From assembly GCA_951406725.2 (NCBI GenBank), contig OX597836.1, positions 48,174,001 to 48,238,000 of the forward strand: a stretch of 64,000 nt of DNA. Reading direction: 5' to 3'. The notes under the pieces were generated by a model that saw only the letters and a list, made by a program, of their open reading frames with translations, was not told where the DNA came from and made no database searches. This DNA comes from Octopus vulgaris. Lineage: Eukaryota. Positions 48,001 through 58,620 of this stretch are shown one piece after another (the first letter of the stretch is position 1; every line of letters begins with the position of its first letter). The translations under genes and the position numbers were made by a program.

Positions 48001-49753
48001 ACGAGTTCACCTGGGGCTCAGTTCTCAGTCCCTTCTTATTCATTATAGTCCTTCAGGCCATAACAGAAGAGTTTAAGACATGGGAACAGCTTTAGGTTGT
48101 TAAACTCTTTTTTTAATTTTTTTTTTTTATTTTAGCTGAATCTGTAGTAGAATCAGGAAAGAAATTCCAGGTGTAGAAGGAAAACCTGAAATTGAAACAC
48201 CTCAAAGTTAACTAAGGCAAAGATCAAAGTCTAATAAGCTGGAAAAGACAGGACCCTACCCACTTCAGATAAGTGACCCCAGCCTGATATGTAGGAAAGG
48301 TATAAGCAGAAATTCCATATGGTGCACCCAACAGAAACTGTGAACACACATGAGTGAAGTCAATGTTCTCAGCTCAACTTTGTCATTTCATCATTTCCAC
48401 GGCAAACAGAGAAGTGGACATTGCATGTAACAGATGCAGAGGAGCAATAAACCCTAAGGACACAAAGGGGAACAGATTTGTTTTTAAAGACAAGAGAAGG
48501 GGTTGGGTAGGAATAGAGATAACCTGGGAGAGAGTGTGTTGATTGGTGATCAATTAAAACCCTTGAAGATGGTGCCCCAGTATGGCCAAACAAATGATCA
48601 CAAGAAATTAAGAGATATAAAATGGATTAAATATTGAGAGAGCTCTTTTTAATTAATAACAGTTAAAGAATAAATAGTTGTCAGTGATATAATAAAGGAT
48701 TAATCACACGAAAAAAGAAGACGACAATGGCCCTACCAGTGCCCTTGGTTTTAAATGGCAACTTATGAAATTTTACAATTCCATACACGTCAACCACTGT
48801 GTTTGGTTTCAAAGTAATTAAGGAGTTGTATGAATAGGTCCTTGTTTTCTGAAAAATAATAAAAAGACTTTAAAATTTAAAATCCAAACATCCAAAACAG
48901 AATGGAGGCAAGTTTTACAAAGTCAAAACATGAAAATATTCAAAATAATTCTCTTATTTTGTCCATCTTCACATTTTGAGTTCAAATTCCACTGAAGTCA
49001 ACTTTGCCTTTCATCCCTTCGGGGTCAATGAAATAAGTACTAGTTACACACTATGGTTGAGGTAATCAACAAGTCCCCTCCCTCAAAATTTCAAGCCTTT
49101 TACCTATAGAAAGGATTATTATTATTTGGTGGATGACAGGATCATTGGAGCAGCTGATAAGATACCTTGTGGGATTTAGTAAAATCTCTCAATGTTCTCA
49201 GCTCAACTTTGTCATTTCATCCTTTCCACGGCAATAAAAGAAAGAACCAGTCAAGTACTGCATTTGATGGTACTGATTGGTACAAGATAAACAGCACGTG
49301 ACCTTGCAGGTGGGGGCCAGTTGAAATTTTCTTCAGGTCAAGTGGTCCATCCTGCTCAAAGGTGTTGAGCTGGCACAATTATTAACATTCCATGCAAAAT
49401 ACTCAGCAGAATTTCATCTGTCTTTGTGTTCTCAGTTCAAATTCTGCCGGGGTCTACTTTTGCCTTCATCCTTTCAGCACTGATAAAATAAGTACCAGTT
49501 GAGTACTGGTGTTGATGTAATCAACTAGACCCCCCCCCACTACCCTCACCATCAAGTTTCAGGCCGTGTGCCTATAGTAGAAAAGATTATCGTTATTATT
49601 AACAACTGATTAAAGCCAAAAAGAAACGCATCCAAAACCGAATAAACATTCAAAAGACGAAAAACAATGCCATAAGTCAGTTTGAAAGTGTTGCCATAAG
49701 TCATTGATAGAAAGACAGAAAGAAAATATACTTACAAACTTGCTTTTTTCCAT
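20343..49753 (-). CDS. POT1: Protection of telomeres protein 1, complement(join(20343..20543,24160..24251,26816..26919,27407..27569,28417..28566,37671..37947,39467..39602,42993..43066,45115..45225,46213..46353,47218..47357,48737..48848,49736..49753)), 572 aa
   Basis: 13 phase-compatible GT-AG exons, 1719 nt. POT1 motifs: VDVYGIVKF..KGTDY, GSIVRFHRLR, YFDFVCQ, VWDGTRP, VFDDH, LHRGTSYGRGI, CPQC/CPHC, MECCVKS..CYEIFDT. Confidence 0.93.
20671..21052 (-). mobile_element. tRNA-derived SINE
   Basis: Same family as 9001-9406. Confidence 0.85.
21492..21910 (+). mobile_element. tRNA-derived SINE
   Basis: Same family, opposite orientation to 20671-21052. Confidence 0.85.
24065..24132 (+). repeat. 21-bp tandem repeat, 3 copies (tcatcccatttgtcaatgtcg)
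   Basis: Seen in sequence, just downstream of the POT1 exon 12 donor. Confidence 0.9.
24160..24251 (-). CDS. POT1: POT1 exon 12
   Basis: ttacag|ACATT...GAAGCT|gtaagt; IPVMEYIFLMKFILTDGVYYIIANLWRDEA, resembling human IVPLQYVFVMTFTLDDGTG. Confidence 0.9.
26816..26919 (-). CDS. POT1: POT1 exon 11 (second CxxC)
   Basis: ctttag|AACTC...AATG|gtaagt; TPINNYSLEPSTFQIKDGVEYYRCPHCAKKTNSN; phase 2-1 fits both neighbours. Confidence 0.82.
27407..27569 (-). CDS. POT1: POT1 exon 10 (OB3 start, first CxxC)
   Basis: ttccag|TTATT...TATCT|gtaagt; VIQGHQ...PMKFRLLARVMDYSP...LFCPQCHYL. Confidence 0.9.
28417..28566 (-). CDS. POT1: POT1 exon 9 (OB2-OB3 linker)
   Basis: caatag|CTCTT...ACAG|gtaatt; phase 1-1, open frame ALGSSPNK...VLSTVT; poorly conserved linker. 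Confidence 0.7.
29048..29331. repeat. ~280-bp foldback element with hammerhead-like motifs in both arms
   Basis: Imperfect inverted arms centred at ~29188. Confidence 0.9.
29200..29250 (+). ncRNA. Putative minimal type-I hammerhead ribozyme, G3:C8 core variant
   Basis: tttgtca-GTGAACA-g(c)tcgc..gcgac-GAAA-atatt-t-tgacaaa: 7-bp stem I, stem II and a palindromic stem III (AATATT). Confidence 0.5.
29387..29635. mobile_element. Palindromic MITE-like foldback
   Basis: Arms tgaccacacata..tttgccag..ggtggagatta..gtgttaaaacacctga / tcaggtgttttaacac..taatctccacc..ctggcaaa..tatgtgtggtca. Confidence 0.8.
29924..30839 (+). mobile_element. Internally deleted mariner transposon (pseudogene)
   Basis: TIRs atcccataaataatg / cattatttatgggat; HTH region NINAVYGDRTISVRRCQQWFQKF; HPPNSSDTAPFDYHLF is a decayed HPPYSPDLAPSDYHLF. 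Confidence 0.9.
31134..31483 (+). mobile_element. tRNA-derived SINE
   Basis: Same family as 9001-9406. Confidence 0.8.
33001..33222. mobile_element. piggyBac-like MITE (TTAA TSD) inserted in a SINE
   Basis: ttaa|ccctttcg...cgaaaggg|ttaa interrupts gtggttggcatt/aagaaaggcatccagc. Confidence 0.75.
34066..35001 (+). mobile_element. Non-autonomous Helitron-like element
   Basis: Starts (TA)n-aagacaagatgtgtg and ends ggttatactgCTAG|t; homologous to the inverted copy at 35089-36788. Confidence 0.6.
35343..35420 (-). ncRNA. Minimal type-I hammerhead ribozyme motif (sense to POT1 pre-mRNA)
   Basis: gcgg-CTGAAGA-aggcc...ggccc-GAAA-catatg-TA-ccgc on the minus strand. Confidence 0.72.
36192..36269 (+). 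ncRNA. Minimal type-I hammerhead ribozyme motif
   Basis: gcgg-CTGAAGA-aggcc acag...ctgt..ggccc-GAAA-catatg-TA-ccgc; palindromic stem III ACATATGT; GUA cleavage triplet. Confidence 0.72.
37217..37574 (+). mobile_element. Non-autonomous Helitron-like element
   Basis: 5' TC(tc)tatatataaa; 3' hairpin atgacccagcaacgccgggtcat followed by gCTAG|t. Confidence 0.7.
37671..37947 (-). CDS. POT1: POT1 exon 8 (OB2 C-terminus)
   Basis: ttacag|CCAGGA...ACAG|gtaaga; PGMFIKFFNLH...LVLHRGTSYGRGIKIL...IDNLKKRLE. Confidence 0.93.
39467..39602 (-). CDS. POT1: POT1 exon 7
   Basis: tttcag|TCCG...ATTAAG|gtttgt; ...LVDVCVFDDHFQKAATIK, resembling human TIDILVYDNHVHVARSLK. Confidence 0.88.
39809..40219 (+). mobile_element. 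tRNA-derived SINE (young copy)
   Basis: Same family as 9001-9406; (aagagtaaa) tail. Confidence 0.85.
40542..41942. mobile_element. ~1.4-kb non-autonomous piggyBac-like element (TTAA TSD)
   Basis: ttaa|ccctttcgttact ... agtaacgacaggg|ttaa; internal ~177-bp tandem duplication at ~41019-41372. Confidence 0.7.
42993..43066 (-). CDS. POT1: POT1 exon 6
   Basis: ctttag|GTTGTG...TCTTG|gtgagt; VVAVSVVEQGVCFLIQVWDGTRPS. Confidence 0.9.
44554..44864 (+). repeat. SINE tail plus RTE RT fragment, duplicated at 47793-48099
   Basis: Decayed VH.GSVLSPFLFIIVLQAITEEFKT.CPWE; near-identical second copy. Confidence 0.8.
45115..45225 (-). CDS. POT1: POT1 exon 5 (OB1-OB2 junction)
   Basis: ttgtag|ATTGAA...TGCCAA|gtaagt; IERLF...LEQLKEGIYFDFVCQ, resembling human YFDLTCQ. 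Confidence 0.88.
46213..46353 (-). CDS. POT1: POT1 exon 4 (OB1)
   Basis: ttctag|GTTAAT...AAGATG|gtaaga; VNLHSGELQGSSGKGFSW...ASSLNYTFTDVDRKM. Confidence 0.92.
47218..47357 (-). CDS. POT1: POT1 exon 3 (OB1)
   Basis: tttcag|ATTAC...TTACGA|gtaaat; DYLMIVTIVDES...KLKCLLF...LPQVKIGSIVRFHRLR. Confidence 0.93.
48737..48848 (-). CDS. POT1: POT1 exon 2 (OB1 start)
   Basis: tttcag|AAAACA...ACTG|gtaggg; KTRTYSYNSLITLKPNTVVDVYGIVKFHKLPFKTKGT. Confidence 0.93.
49736..49753 (-). CDS. POT1: POT1 first coding segment (MEKSKF)
   Basis: aaaATGGAAAAAAGCAAGTTT|gtaagt, phase 0 into exon 2. A candidate acceptor for this exon lies at ~49885 (poly-T...aaag). Confidence 0.7.
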
Positions 49754-52385
49754 TTTTAAAAAAAAAACAAAAAACAAAATTGTTTTGCTTTTGGATCAAT
49801 TGGAATGTTTCAAATTACAGTTCTTTTGCTTTTTAACAAAAACGTTGCTGGTTGGATTAAGAAATATTCTTCTCCAAGTGTATTCCTTTGTAGTAAAAGA
49901 AAAAAAAAAAAAAACCCTGATAAGATTAAAATTCAACATAAAACCATCATTATCAAAGGTTTAGTAAAAATATCAGAAAAATAGGGATGCATTAACTTTC
50001 TACAAATGTTTTTATCTGCAGAATACCAGATTTCATCACATCATTACAAATTTCCATTATTTCTGGAGAATTACAGTAAATGGAAATTTGACATGTCCAA
50101 CCCATGGACAATGATTGTTAAAGAAATGATGATGAATTTTGTATAATAGAATCGAAAGTAGTCTCTCATAGGGTTGAAAAGGACTAACGATTAATTCGGA
50201 TTTTTAAAAAAAATGAAACAATGTAAGGGAGAAAACTCTGAAGTCCAAATTGGAGACATTCAATGAAGAATAAGGGTTGATGTTGGGTAGTGACAAACTT
50301 AGATGTATTTCAATCTTATTTGACTTCTCATTGCAAAATCATTAAAACTAAAGATTTTTTCCTCTTTGTTATCAGTGAAATTTTAATTTAACATAAAAAA
50401 AAACCGTTTGGCTCACTTAATGAGAAGTTATTCTAAATTGTCTACAAAGTCTAATCAAACGATGGTGCTTTGAGCAAAACCTGTTTTTCAATAATCACAA
50501 TGAATGCTTCACTGCTCCTCATCAACAATTTTATGAAATGATTTTTGTTAAATTTATTTCATGGCTCTTTAAGTCAATCATTATCATCATCATGTTAATG
50601 TTCGCTTTTCCATACCACATGGGTCAGACAGAGTCTTTGAGGCAGTTTTTCTATGCTGAGATGCCCTTATCGTTACCAACGCATGTCATCCTCCTCTTCA
50701 TCACTCAATGTCTGTTTTCCATGCTGGCATGGGTTGAACTGTTTGACAGGAGGAGCTGGCAACCCAGAAGACTTTGCCAGGTTCCCTTGTCTCTTTTGGA
50801 ATTGTTTCTACAGATAGATGCAACCATTTTACAGAGTGGACAGGGTGCTTTTTATGTATCACTGGCACCAGCATCAGTGGGGTCACCAACTAATTGCAAG
50901 ACAAAGATCCCCTTAAGAGAGAAGAGAAGTAGTATTGATGGAGCGACTTTGTACCTATTGGGAAATTAAAATAGGGATAAAGAATAAGTATTTTGCTATG
51001 GCTACCCCAGTTGGAAAGGAAAGGAGAGAAAAGAGGGAGATAGAGCAAGGGAGAAAGATAGGAAGACAGGACAGGCAGAGACAGAAAGATGGTGATGGAG
51101 ATGAGTATAAGTGGGACAGAGGTTTGGACAGGGTGAGTGAGCAGAGGCAACAGAAGGGGCTGTCACATAAAAGTGTGAAGGGAGATGGGAAGAGGTGACT
51201 GAGCAGGAGATGGTGAGAAATATAGGGAGTGGCTCTGGGCGGGGATGGTGGAGCAGGTTTGGTAGATATGTGAGATTGTGACGCAGACATAAAAAAAAAG
51301 TAGCAATGAAGTGTTTAACATCAATTCTATCCAATTAATTAACAAACCATGACCACCACACCATACCTATCATAGCTAAGATAAACAGCCTCTCTTGTTG
51401 CCACTTGACCTGCAAGAAATCTCCCTCAAATCACAGTCATCTTAAATAAAAGAACACTTTGGATAATGTAGTTCAAGCTATTTTATGCCTGGAAAATAAT
51501 GGGAATGTCATGGGTGGAATATCTCTGTTCAGAAACTGGTTTTATAAGGGATGGCCTAAACTTAAACTACTACTACTACACTTTAGGGTCTATGAGAGGG
51601 ATGTTCTGCTGGTATGTCACTCCAGAAGCCCGAAGAACCAAGGAGAGGCCCATGCCTATCTGCTAGGCACCACCCTAAAGAAAAAAAGAAGCAGCTTAAA
51701 AACTCCTTGAATTCTGAGAGGAACCTCCTCCAACTCCATTCAGATGGTGGTGGACTCCAAAAGCAATTTTGTTTTAATTTCTCTGAGATGCCCTGCTTCT
51801 GTTAAGCCAACATGGGTCACTTGACCTGCCAAAAATAGCAGTGATTACAATTAACTATCTTTTAAAAAAATAGATATATGGCACATTTATAACTATATAG
51901 TATCCCATGTTTAAAATTACGATTGGTGTTCATGGTTGGAAAGTTTTTCATCATAGATTCTGCTCAATCAGGGCTGATCCAGAGTTAAGCAGGTTACTTC
52001 TCTCTTCTGCTGTATTATGGTCCTCTGAATTACCAACATCACTGAAACCCCAATGTCCTCCCAGTTGTATCACCCTTCCAAAACCTATTATTTTCTTCCC
52101 AGTATTGTAAACCTCTGGAACTTCCTCCTGCGAGTTCTCTTTCTACACAGACCAACCGAGACAGTTTGAACCATTTGGAACCAATCATATAAACAGGATT
52201 TCACAAGTCTCGTCAGATATGGAAATGTTACAGGCACGACTCTTCATCAAAATAATATAGCAACAGCCCCAATACCATATTCATTGACAAAACAATATAG
52301 CCCCTATATCTGTGCAAACGACACCAGCTCGTTTTTTTTTCCTTGATAGAGTATTTTAATTGAAACAAGGTAAATGTGTAACCTG

Positions 52386-52425
<40 letters not shown>

Positions 52426-53340
52426 ACAAAATTAGAAAATGGAGAAACATACTTAAATCAATCAACCATCAGATGATACCCAATCAATACTTTATTACAC
52501 CATTACATAACAGCAAAGGCATTATACAAAATATATTGCAAATATAATTAGACAAGGAAATAGAAATATAAAATATTGCCCACATAATACAGTAGATGAA
52601 TTAATTGCATGGCAATTTTTTACATTTATGTATTAGTCTTGTTGGGTACCTCTCTAGCAGTATATTGGATATATGTTATCCCATGGTGGGTTGAATTTTC
52701 AACCCCTATCTCATTTTATATATATATATATATATATATGTATGGCGATGTTTCATTACAAGAACACTATAAACCACGTGTATTTGTTTACATGATCGAT
52801 TTCCGTAAAAAAAACTTTTATTTTTTTACATATGGGGTTGCACGGAAATGGGATCTTTTGAAGTAATGAAAGCGATTGTATGAGGAGGGAAGTTCTTTTG
52901 AAGTTACCGTGCATGGGAAGCATTGATGTACATGTGTGTGTGTGTGATGGGGTGTGCGAGACAGAAAGTATGGTGCGTAAGTGAAGTGCTTCTGTTAGTG
53001 TGTGAAGAAACAGAGAGAGTAATGTGTGAAAGAGAGAGATAACTGAAATTTTTTACTTAGTTTTTGTAGTGCGTGCATGTGTATGCATGTATGTGTGTGT
53101 GTATGTATCTATGTATGTGTGTGTGTGTGTGTGTATGTATGGCCGATTCAGGATTTACGTTATTTCGAGTTAAAACGAAAGATTACCATTGCCTGTTTAT
53201 GTAACGGTCTGCTATGTAGAAAATAATGAGGTTGACTCAATGGAATAATGACAGTGATCATTAGACAAAATGAAGATATAGACAAAATAGATATAGACAG
53301 AAGATATAGAGAAAATCTTTTTTATTTAATCGTTATATAT

Positions 53341-53969
53341 GCTTTGTCGACTGCTACTGTGCGGCCTTCAATTTCTACTTGTCCTGTTTTCACCATTACG
53401 GCATCATGCAAGGGACTGATAGAGTAATGTCTGTTGACGTGACGATGGTGAAATGGTAAGAGAAAGACGGGAGAGTTATAAAATGAGGAGATACCCTTCA
53501 CATGAGAAAAGAGTTGCATGCAAAGGAAAAAACAAGTTAAGAGTCTATAGATGTGCACAGAAACTGGGTGCAAGCATGCATATATGCATGTGTAAACATT
53601 GTGTTGTGCAGCAAAAGGAACGAACAGTACAAAATGTGTAAGGAAAAGTGACAAAATCCGATTGGTAATGTCCTGTGTGAAAAGTCTATGCTGAAAAGTG
53701 AGAAAAGGTTAGTTCTCTTGGTTGGGTAGCTGTCCTAAGTGTTGCATTTATGTATGACAACTGTTTCCCTCGTGGATCTGTGCATCGGGTTGCAGTACAT
53801 GTGGAATGTAATTGGTGTGTGTCCATTGAGTCGGTGACTTCATTCCTTTCGTGGTGTGTTGGGCGTGTGACGATGGAACTGAAAACTATGCGTCGTGAAA
53901 GTTTGTGTCCTATAATTCTTGTTGATGCGACTGGCACGGACTGTAATTGTTTTCAAGAGTTCATGCAAT
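53341..53969 (+). repeat. Left arm of a ~630-bp inverted repeat flanking the Merlin transposase
   Basis: Reverse complement of 57249-57883 with few differences. Confidence 0.92.
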
Positions 53970-54823
53970 GCTAAAGCAGTAAGTCTTTGAAGTCGAGCTC
54001 ACCAAATGTAAGGGATAAGGTAACGAAGACTGCAGTTCTGTGGCTCGGGGGTCAGCAATTGTGGCAGGGTTGTTGTGTTCGAATCACGTTGTGGGTAACC
54101 AGTTGTATCATTGTGGTTGATGTATTCTAATAACGTCTCTTTGTCACCAATTGTCGATGCTCAATGCTGACAATAGAGAATGTGGCATTGTCACTTCTTC
54201 ATTTCGGCCGAGTGTAGAAAAAGAGGTATGTCACTGTGACACCCATTGTTTTCGTGTGGTGTCTGTGTAGACACGGAAAAGTTTTAAGTCGAATGGAAAA
54301 CACATCATTTGATTTAGCAAAGCCACGTGATGAAATTAACTCAAAGAACAATGCACTACATATGTATAAGTAGCTATAGCTCGTTCTAACCATTTCTCTT
54401 ATTTTTGTAAAATGAATTGTGGAAGCAAATTTCAGAGAAGAAACTGGAAATATCAACTGTACGTGGTAGCAAATTGTTTCATGTTCGATTTTTTTAAAAA
54501 ATTTGATTCAGACTCTCAATGTAATGAATACCAAATTAAAAAGCCATTACAAAAAATAGACAAATAAAAAATTAAATATTAGACCAAATTTTGCTTCCAC
54601 AGGTTATTTCCGTGAATAGAAGGCAATTTTGTAAAGGTATTTTAAAATTCCGAAAATCATAAAAGTTTCAAGATCTGAAAGGCGCATGGTGAAAAGAAAG
54701 AAATGCAAATTACTAAGATACAAAAAGAAGAAATTAATAATAAATATAAAATTATACAGACTCCCATGAATTTGAGGCTAAATTAAACAACAGAACACAA
54801 CTTCATAAAACACATTTTTGAAA

Positions 54824-55701
54824 TCATACAGGATAATAGTGTCTCATACATTTTATGAAGCTCATAAAAGTATTACTGCTGTTGTAACGTCGGCAACAAA
54901 ATTCATGCAGATGTGTTGAAAACAAATTATTGGACGTTCCATGCATTTTCCGATAATTTGATTTCACGTGACTCCACATCCCTTCCACGGTGTTTGTGTG
55001 GATTGAGGCATCGTTGGGATCCACAGTTAACACTGTGGTTCACAGTCAAATGGTTGGGTAGGCTAATATACGCTCTCCGTGAATCTGTGATAATCTTAGT
55101 TCCTGGTAATAATAGGCAACAATATTGCTGCACTTCTGTTCTGCACAGGAACTAAGACACATCTCAGACTCTCACGCTCAACCATCCCCAAAACCCAGTG
55201 ACCTTCTCGATAAGTACCATGATGATATTTTCTGTGCATGAACTTGGATTCATTGATCTCTACAACATCTTCTCCTCCAAGTTGCACACAGCACAAACAT
55301 CGCGGAAGTAATTGTACCAGTTGACAATTGCCTCTGATCCAATTCAAACTTCACCCATCACAACACTGTTTACATTCAATTATCGCCCAGTAATACATCA
55401 ACTCGAGGAGACAAGTCAATGGTAGGTGTGAACCCGCGAAAAATGAGTCTTGCCCAATGCTACGAAATTCTTTGCAAACAGTACACCTCCACATTTTCCC
55501 ATCGGATACTGTATTGTGTGATGCAAGGTACATCCGCCCATTACAACATTCCGATGAATTGTGGATTAATCCCAGAGATGCCAGGAATTGGATTGTTGAA
55601 TCCGCGTTACTCATGGCATGAATGTCTCGCAGATGGTCAGATCTTTGAGTTATCTCATCAACGGAAAGGACAGATTCAACAATCCTATATCGTCCAGCCA
55701 T
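54824..55701 (-). pseudogene. Merlin / IS1595 (ISXO2-like) DDE transposase pseudogene
   Basis: Zinc-ribbon region CCNGRM..DGKMWRCTVC..SFF, then VVEINESKFMHRKYHHG..HWVLGMVER, LPGTKIITDSRRAY and HLTVNHS..VDP..HTNTVEGMW, split over several frames. The first catalytic D reads N. Confidence 0.88.
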
Positions 55702-57248
55702 AGTGGGATCTTATGGAAGAGTATATGATGTAATTAATAGTAATTAAGAAAATGTACAGGAGAGTCTGTTGCCAGATATGTGCGTGTATGTGTGTGCTTG
55801 TGAGTGTGTTTGTGTGCAAAATTTTGTTTGTGCTTGTGTCTGTACAGGTGCGTGTGTGCAAAACGAAAATAAAATAAAGATTTTACGTTCCAAAAGTCTC
55901 TTCGTTCTGTAGTAGTAAATGTGGAGAAAGACAGACTGAAATTGTTAGAGAACTGCGTTTGAGCTAGTGGGAAGTCAAAGAGTGTGGGACATTGTCTGAT
56001 ATCCTAGCATCCCTTTCTTTACTAAGTCATGAAATGGCTTGTTCTGTTGATGACAAGTGGCTAACTTACTTTCGCTTGGTATGTGCTTGCTTATATTAAG
56101 ATCCAGAAGGATAGATATATCATTGAGAACAATAGATTTAGTTGATTTAGCGTATGGTGTAGTAGAAGAGGTTAGAAAGGGTCAAGTGGTGAAGACATTA
56201 TTTCAGCCTAGCTAAAGGCATCTGGAAAATGTAAAACTGCTGCCAGAGAATAACCATTGTTCCATTGTGGGAAATGTTGTGTTGATTTAAATTTGTCTCT
56301 GTTGAATCGAATCCACTTCATCTATGCAAGATTTGCTACACATCAAACACAAAATAATTAAAACAATATTCATCAAAATTTCGCCTATTTTTTTTTATTC
56401 TTTTACTTGTTTTAGTCATTAGACGGCGGCCATACTGGAGTGCTTATTTTTTTAAAGCCTGGTACTCGTTCTATCGGACTTCTTTTGCCAAACTGCTAAG
56501 TTATTTATTTTTTAAATGGCATTATTGAAATAAAAGAGCAGTGGTGTGGGCTAAGTCGGTGGAGCGTTCGACAAAAAAAGCCACGCGCTATTTTAGCTGT
56601 GTGTCCGAGGGAATTTCGAGTTGAAAATTTTTAGGGATCCGTTTCCTTGCTTCAGTCAAGCTGGGGCACTGCCTTGTTGAAAAAATAGTCTTTCTTCTTA
56701 CAAACCTAATTACAAGTGTTCCAGAATATGGAATAATTCTTTAAAATAGCAAAAGATACTGAAAAAAAAAAAAAAAAAATTCATTTTAATTGTGGCAGTT
56801 ATTCCGAAGGAGCGATGGGGGGAAGGGGGCAAGTTTGTAAAAACATGAATTTTTGAAAATTTTTTGTTACAGTGCAAATTACATCGAAGGATCGCCATAT
56901 GGGCGATCCTTCGGTATTGATCTGCAAAAATGTCAGAATAAGAAGACGATGTCATTTACTCTCTTTATCAGCTAAGTCCCTTTCTCTGTCATTATTGAAA
57001 ATTGTGTGGTGAATGTCTACCAATACCGAAAGATTGCTTTACATATGTTTTAGATTGTCTTACATGTGTTTTCTTGTAAAAATGACAAAAAAATAGCGAG
57101 AAAAATTGAAGAAATTCCATTTTGTGTGAGACGGTTATTCCGAACGAAATTCCATCGTGTGCCTTAAACATTTTGAGTTCAAATCCCGCCACAGTCGAAT
57201 TTGCTGTTCATCGTTTCGGGGCTCGATAAAATAGAGTCCCAATCAAAT

Positions 57249-57883
57249 ATCGCATGAACTCTTGAAAACAATTACAGTCCGTGCCAGTCGCATCAACAAG
57301 AATTATAGGACACAAACTTTCACGACGCATAGTTTTCAGTTCCATCGTCACACGCCCAACACAACGCGAAAGGAATGAAGTCACCGACTCAATGGACACA
57401 CACCAATTACATTCCACATGTACTGCAACCCGATGCACAGATCCACGAGGGAAACAGTTGTCATACATAAATGCAACACTTAGGACAGCTACCCAACCAA
57501 GAGAACTAACCTTTTCTCACTTTTCAGCATAGACTTTTCACACAGGACATTACCAATTGGATTTGGTCACTTTTCGTTACACATTTTGTCATTTTTCGTT
57601 CCTTTTGCTGCACAACACAATGTTTACACATGCATATATATGCATGCTTGCACCCAGTTTCTGTGCACATCTATAGACTCTTAACTTGTTTTTTCCTTTG
57701 CATGCAACTCTTTTCTCATGAGAAGGATATCTCCTCCTCATTTTATAACTCTCCCGTCTTTTTCTTACCATTTCACCATCGTCACGTCAACAGACATTAC
57801 TCTATCAGTCCCTTGCATGATGCCGTAATGGTGAAAACAGGACAAGTAGAAATTTAAGGCCGCACAGTAGCAGTCGACAAGGC
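57249..57883 (-). repeat. Right arm of the ~630-bp inverted repeat
   Basis: Reverse complement of 53341-53969. Confidence 0.92.
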
Positions 57884-58019
57884 AATATAGGCAATATATA
57901 TGTTATTCCTGTTTTCACCCCTTCTATTTCTAACTTATGGCTTTCCAGAACACTTTTAACAACTCTATCACACATCGCTTCATTTAAACTACATTACTCC
58001 AATATTCCTAACAGAATCA

Positions 58020-58620
58020 TCCAACTTTAAACGGCGATAGTTTACTTCAGGCCGCAAACTAGAAGACAAAGAAGGCGAAAGTAAAGAATACGTACACCCG
58101 GTGGACAGGGATTAGGATTAGGGTTTATGTTACGCTGAAAACTGGTGGTTGGACATAAATAATATTTACCTTTGCCGACAAAGAATACAATAGAAACACG
58201 TGGCAGAGGAGTCGAATACGCAACATTTTCGAACCAAAACACGAACGTCATTAAATTTTCTAAACAAACCAGTCATTCCCTAAATGATCGAAACGAATAA
58301 ATGCTTAAACCATTAATGCATTGCTTGTTAGGTAAACAAGCTATTGAGCTTATTTTTGGTATAGTCTGCCTCTAAACTAGTGCTGGATGAGTGAGCAAGC
58401 GCTGCGCACAAACCCGACACGTGCGAAACAAGGAATGGTAATTTTCCCTGTGTCCATTTATCTGGACTCTATGCATTTATGGGTTAAAAGAGGTTTATTA
58501 TTTACGACTACTGCTTTCATTTCTCGACACCATTCGTTTAATTGAGTTATCAAATTCAGTGAAGATTTAATACCAGATTTGAGGAAACGGTAACACAAAG
58601 ATTCGGATGTCCTTTTTGGT
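58020..58620. promoter_or_regulatory. Putative (bidirectional) promoter and first non-coding exon of POT1
   Basis: Locally CpG-rich, non-repetitive segment. CACGTG E-boxes at ~58197 and 58418 and TGCGCA at ~58403. Minus-strand donor AAG|gtaaat at 58170; plus-strand donors at ~58438 and ~58619. Confidence 0.4.

Noticed and set aside
53686-57532. Twin ORFs MPVASTRIIG... and MYDNCFPRG... as genes
   Set aside because: By-products of the 630-bp inverted repeat; no recognisable domain
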